A DNA stretch of 64,000 nt from Catenuloplanes sp. NPDC051500 (lineage in GTDB: Bacteria; Actinomycetota; Actinomycetes; Mycobacteriales; Micromonosporaceae). Each line of letters begins with the position of its first letter. The stretch's first letter is position 1. The notes under the pieces are model-generated. The model saw only the letters and a program-made list of their open reading frames with translations. It searched no databases and was not told where the DNA came from. Both the position numbers and the translations under genes were made by a program. The stretch spans positions 240,766-304,765 of the forward strand of contig NZ_JBITDX010000004.1 in assembly GCF_044454585.1 (NCBI RefSeq), read 5' to 3'. This document shows positions 60,427 to 64,000 of the stretch, piece by piece.

Positions 60427-60918
60427 TCAGACTTGGGCCGGCTGAACTGCGCGGTCGGCGGAGAAACGGGAGTCGGGACGGATGAGCAGGTAGCCGGCCA
60501 GGATCAGGAATCCGAGGTCCCGGGCGATCTCCCAGCCGTAGGTCGGGTTCTCCCCGGCCGCGAGCTGCCCGCCACTGCCGAAGCAGCCGCAGTCGATCTG
60601 CAGGCCGCGTGCCCAGGCGCTGGCGATGCCGGCGATGAACACGGTCAGCAGCAGCACGGAGAACGCGGCCGAGACCCGGGTCGCGAGGCCGGCGAGCAGC
60701 AGCAACCCGACGACGATCTCGACGAACGGGAGCATCGCGCCGATCACCTGGGCCACCTCGAACGGCATGATCCGGTACGCGTTGACCGCGCGCCCGGACG
60801 CGGCGAGGTCGCCCACCTTGGTGCCGCCGGCATAGAGCCAGACGCCGGCGAGGCCGAGCCGCGCGACGAGCCCGGCCCACGGTCCGGCTCGATCCCACAC
60901 AGTGAAGTCCACCCCCAT
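60427..60918 (-). CDS. MauE/DoxX-family membrane protein (disulfide-bond-formation partner of DsbA)
   Basis: Four TM helices and a CGCFG motif. Start at the internal ATG 60918. Confidence 0.7.
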   Translation of the reverse strand: MGVDFTVWDRAGPWAGLVARLGLAGVWLYAGGTKVGDLAASGRAVNAYRIMPFEVAQVIGAMLPFVEIVVGLLLLAGLATRVSAAFSVLLLTVFIAGIASAWARGLQIDCGCFGSGGQLAAGENPTYGWEIARDLGFLILAGYLLIRPDSRFSADRAVQPAQV

Positions 60919-61156
60919 TGGTCGCGCCGGGCTGTCGCCCGGTTCCGTGCTTACGGTGACGGGAAGCGGACGCGGCGGGTACGGGCGAAGGTCCTGTGAT
61001 CGCCGGGAACTTTCCGGCAGTTCCGCCCGACTACCACGGCATGGTGTGCCGCCCCCTGCCCAATGTCGCATTTGACCCAATATGCGGGGTCGGGCTGATA
61101 GGTGTAGGACACGCCACGCCGACCACGGGCGATCATCGCCACATCCGTGGGAGAGC

Positions 61157-62815
61157 ATGGCGGGCATGACTGCCGACCAGAGACGCCGATGGGCCGTACT
61201 CGCCGCCCTCCTCCTGGGCGCGCTCGCGGCGCTCCTCGGCCCGGCGAGCCCGGCCAGCGCGCACGCCGTCCTGCAGCGGACCACGCCCGCCGCCCAGTCC
61301 GTGATCCAGGCCGCGCCGACCGAGGTCACGCTCACGTTCAGCGAGGGTGTGCGGCCGGTCACCGACCGGGTCCTGATCATCGGGCCGGACGGCTCGCGGG
61401 TCGGCGGCGAGCCCACCGGGGACGGCTCCTCGATCTTCATCCCGCTCAACGGGGACCAGCGCGGCACGTACCTGGTCAGCTACCGGGTCATCTCCGCGGA
61501 CAGCCACCCGGTCAGCGGCGCGTTCACCTTCTCGGTCGGCGCCGCGTCCGCTGTGCCGTCACTCACCGACGCCGGCGACAAGTCCGACCCGGTGGTCACG
61601 AACGCCATCCCGGTCGCGAAGTTCATCGGGTACGCCGGACTCGTGCTCGTCATCGGCCCGGTCCTGGTGCTGCTGTTCCTCTGGCCGGCCCGGCTCTCCC
61701 GCCGCGTCCCGGCGATCGTGGTCCGCACCGGCCTCGGCCTGATCGCGTTCAGCACGCTCGCGGCGCTCTACCTCCAGGTGCCGTACACCGGCGGCGGTGG
61801 GATCTTCAGCGGCTTCTCCGGGCTCGGCGACGTGGTGGCCAGCTCGTTCGGCATCGCGCTGCTGGTCCGGCTCGGCCTGCTCGTCGCGATCGCGATCATG
61901 CTCCGGCCGGTCCTGGCGGGCCGCGGTGGCGACGGCCCGGTCGACCTCATCGTGCTCGGCACGCTCGCGGCCGCCGCAGTGATCACCTGGCCGCTCACCG
62001 GCCACCCCTCCGCCTCGCCGGTCGCGGCCGTCTCAGTGGTCGTCGACGCGATCCACCTGATCAGCATGGCGGTCTGGATCGGCGGCCTGGTCATGCTGCT
62101 CGGCTTCCTGCTCCGGCAGGCGAGCGCGCGTGAGCTCGGCGCGATCCTGCCGATCTGGTCCCGGTGGGCCGCGCTCGCGGTAAGCGCGCTGCTGCTGGCC
62201 GGCGTGGTCAACGCGCTCATCGAGATCGGCACGCTCGACGCGCTCACCGGCACCACCTACGGCCGGTTCATCATGGCCAAGACCGCGCTGTTCGCGGCAG
62301 TGATCGGCGTCGCGGCATACTCCCGGTCGCTTGTCCGCAAGCACGTGGTGGCCGAGCAGCCGGGCCGGATGCGGATCGCGCTCTGGGCCGAGATCGCCAT
62401 CACTGTGGTCGTGCTCGGCGTCAGCTCCGTGCTCGTCCAGCAGACCCCCGCCCGCACCGAGGCGGAGAACTCCGACGTCGAGGACAGCGGCTACTACTCG
62501 GTGCTTGTCGACAGCCCGCTCTACACGCTTCAGGTCGAGCTGGACCCGGCCGCGACCGGCAACAACTCGATGCACCTGTACGCGTACCAGCCCGGCACCA
62601 CGAACCCGCTCGCGGTCGAGGAGTGGACCACCACCACCGCGCTCCCGGCCGCCGGCGTCGAGCCGATCGACCTGCCCATGCTCCGCTTCTCGCCCAACCA
62701 CGCGATCAGCGACTTCCAGCTGCCCGCGACCGGGAGCTGGGAATTCACGTTCACGCTCCGCACGTCCGAGATCGATCAAGCCACCGTCACCGTCACGGTG
62801 GACGTCTCCTCCTGA
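61157..62815 (+). CDS. CopC-CopD fusion copper-resistance/uptake protein (YcnJ-like)
   Basis: Signal peptide, then a CopC domain (HAVLQRTTPAAQSVIQAAPTEVTLTFSEGV...YRVISADSHPVSGAFTFSV), then a multi-TM CopD domain. RBS GGGAGAG before ATG 61157. Confidence 0.8.
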   Translation: MAGMTADQRRRWAVLAALLLGALAALLGPASPASAHAVLQRTTPAAQSVIQAAPTEVTLTFSEGVRPVTDRVLIIGPDGSRVGGEPTGDGSSIFIPLNGDQRGTYLVSYRVISADSHPVSGAFTFSVGAASAVPSLTDAGDKSDPVVTNAIPVAKFIGYAGLVLVIGPVLVLLFLWPARLSRRVPAIVVRTGLGLIAFSTLAALYLQVPYTGGGGIFSGFSGLGDVVASSFGIALLVRLGLLVAIAIMLRPVLAGRGGDGPVDLIVLGTLAAAAVITWPLTGHPSASPVAAVSVVVDAIHLISMAVWIGGLVMLLGFLLRQASARELGAILPIWSRWAALAVSALLLAGVVNALIEIGTLDALTGTTYGRFIMAKTALFAAVIGVAAYSRSLVRKHVVAEQPGRMRIALWAEIAITVVVLGVSSVLVQQTPARTEAENSDVEDSGYYSVLVDSPLYTLQVELDPAATGNNSMHLYAYQPGTTNPLAVEEWTTTTALPAAGVEPIDLPMLRFSPNHAISDFQLPATGSWEFTFTLRTSEIDQATVTVTVDVSS

Positions 62816-62830
62816 AAGGGTCCCCTCCCG

Positions 62831-63574
62831 ATGATGTCCCGTACCGCTCGCGCGGCCCTGCTCAGCCTCGGCGCCACCGTCGCCGGCGTGCTCGTCTTCG
62901 CCGGACCGGCCTCCGCGCACGTCACGGTCAACCCCAGAGAGGCGGTCAAGGGCGGGTACGCCAAGGTCGACTTCCGGGTGCCGAACGAGAGCGACTCCGC
63001 CTCCACCACGAAGATCGAGGTTTTCCTACCGGAGAACGCGCCGATCGGCTCCGTCTCCACCCAGCCCGTACCCGGGTGGGAGGTGGCGGTCGAGAAGGGC
63101 GCGCCGTCCACGCCGATCACCGCGCACGGCTCGCCTGTCACCGAGGTGGTCAAGAAGGTCACCTGGACCGCCGCGGCCGGGTCGGAGATCAAGCCGGGCA
63201 CGTTCCAGGAGTTCGGCGTGTCCCTCGGCCCGCTGCCGGAGACGGACCAGCTGGTGTTCAAGACGCTCCAGACCTACTCGGACGGCGAGATCGTGCGCTG
63301 GATCGACGAGCCGGTCGCGGGCGGTGACGAGCCGGAGAGCCCGGCGCCGGTGCTCGCGCTGGCAGCGGCCGCGGACGAGTCGGCGGCCTCGGCGGCTTCG
63401 GCGGGGGACGAGGCTGCTGAGGCCTCCTCGACGACGGACTCCGGGCCGGCGCTGGGGATCGCGATCGCGGGGCTGATCGCGGGACTGCTCGGGCTGGTGC
63501 TCGGCGGGCTGGCATTCACCCGCAGCGGGGCGCGTCCCGCTGCGGCTCCTGCTGCTCCGGCCTCGGATAAGTGA
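62831..63574 (+). CDS. YcnI-like (DUF1775) copper-binding protein with a C-terminal TM anchor
   Basis: Signal peptide ending ...PASAHVTVNPREAVKGGYAKVDFRVPNESD (N-terminal His), and a C-terminal hydrophobic helix. Confidence 0.75.
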   Translation: MMSRTARAALLSLGATVAGVLVFAGPASAHVTVNPREAVKGGYAKVDFRVPNESDSASTTKIEVFLPENAPIGSVSTQPVPGWEVAVEKGAPSTPITAHGSPVTEVVKKVTWTAAAGSEIKPGTFQEFGVSLGPLPETDQLVFKTLQTYSDGEIVRWIDEPVAGGDEPESPAPVLALAAAADESAASAASAGDEAAEASSTTDSGPALGIAIAGLIAGLLGLVLGGLAFTRSGARPAAAPAAPASDK

Positions 63575-63582
63575 TTTCCGGC

Positions 63583-63624
63583 GATGGCCCGGTCCCCAGT
63601 ATGGGATCGGGCCATCGGGCTTTT
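63583..63624 (+). terminator. rho-independent terminator after ycnI
   Basis: GATGGCCCG-(16-nt loop)-CGGGCCATC followed by GGGCTTTTC. Confidence 0.55.
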
Positions 63625-63703
63625 CGGGGTCCGCAAGCCGTGTCGATCTACCCGATTCGGACGTTTCGCTATGTAGGGGGCGATAACGGGCCGAGGGGAA
63701 GTC

Positions 63704-64000
63704 GATGCGCATCATTCGCATGATCGTCGGAATGCTGTTGCTGGCCGCCGGGCTGCCGATCCTGCTCGCCGCGGGCGGGCTGTGGACTGTCGCACAGCAC
63801 CGGGACCCGGGCGGCGCCTTCCGGGCCGACCTGGAGCAACTCGACGTACCCGGCCAGGCCCTGATCATCGAGGACCTCGACGGGCTGCTCCGGCGCGACG
63901 CCGCATTCGCCCGCACCGGCCGCACCGAACTCCGGATCACCGCCACCGCCGGCGACGGCCCCGCCTTCGTCGGGCTGGCGCCCGCCACCGCGGCCACCGG
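63704..64000 (+). CDS. hypothetical membrane protein, 5' part (continues beyond the window)
   Basis: RBS GGGGAAG then ATG 63704. MRIIRMIVGMLLLAAGLPILLAAGGLWTV... is an open frame to the window end. Confidence 0.45.

Overview
This is a 64-kb chromosomal segment of very high GC content (about 72%), typical of a filamentous actinomycete. Features and findings below are read from the sequence itself, on both strands.

Most of the window is conserved core genome:
- The left end follows the gene order of Mycobacterium tuberculosis Rv1330c-Rv1341: pncB (5' end only), clpS, a DUF2017-like gene, mec, cysO, cysM, an MBL-fold hydrolase, rph and rdgB. Two glycosyltransferases are inserted and the rhomboid and murI genes are missing.
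- It continues with sthA, a divergent TetR/MFS pair, a long minus-strand histidine-utilisation operon (RpiR regulator, hutU, an M20 hydrolase, hutF, hutI, hutH, a GGCT-like gene), a bacterial expansin and a GNAT acetyltransferase.
- Further right are an NfeD-flotillin operon translationally coupled to a 1625-aa AAA+ protein, a GlnR-like atypical response regulator, two paralogous HisKA_3/NarL two-component pairs flanking a YciI plus extended ECF sigma operon, a secreted S33 peptidase, a HEAT-GT4 plus GT1 operon, bcp, a cbiM-PDGLE-cbiQ-cbiO ECF transporter, a DsbA/MauE pair and a copCD-ycnI copper locus.

The accessory and unusual content is concentrated in three places:
- A roughly 5-kb island (about 50.44-55.27 kb) lies beside a structurally atypical tRNA-like gene (UAG anticodon with a short variable arm). 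It carries two toxin-antitoxin modules (PIN + HTH_17 antitoxin; YefM-YoeB), two acidic hypothetical proteins (one frameshifted), and imperfect 82-bp direct repeats that bracket the PIN module.
- A MITE-like repeat family of about 340-360 bp with about 45-bp terminal inverted repeats occurs as two full intergenic copies and one partial copy.
- A small cassette encodes a tandem YbaB/EbfC-like protein, a frameshifted EspC/WXG100-like small protein and a 134-aa hypothetical protein.

Many long Arg-rich ORFs in the six-frame track are antisense or off-frame artefacts of the GC bias and were not called.
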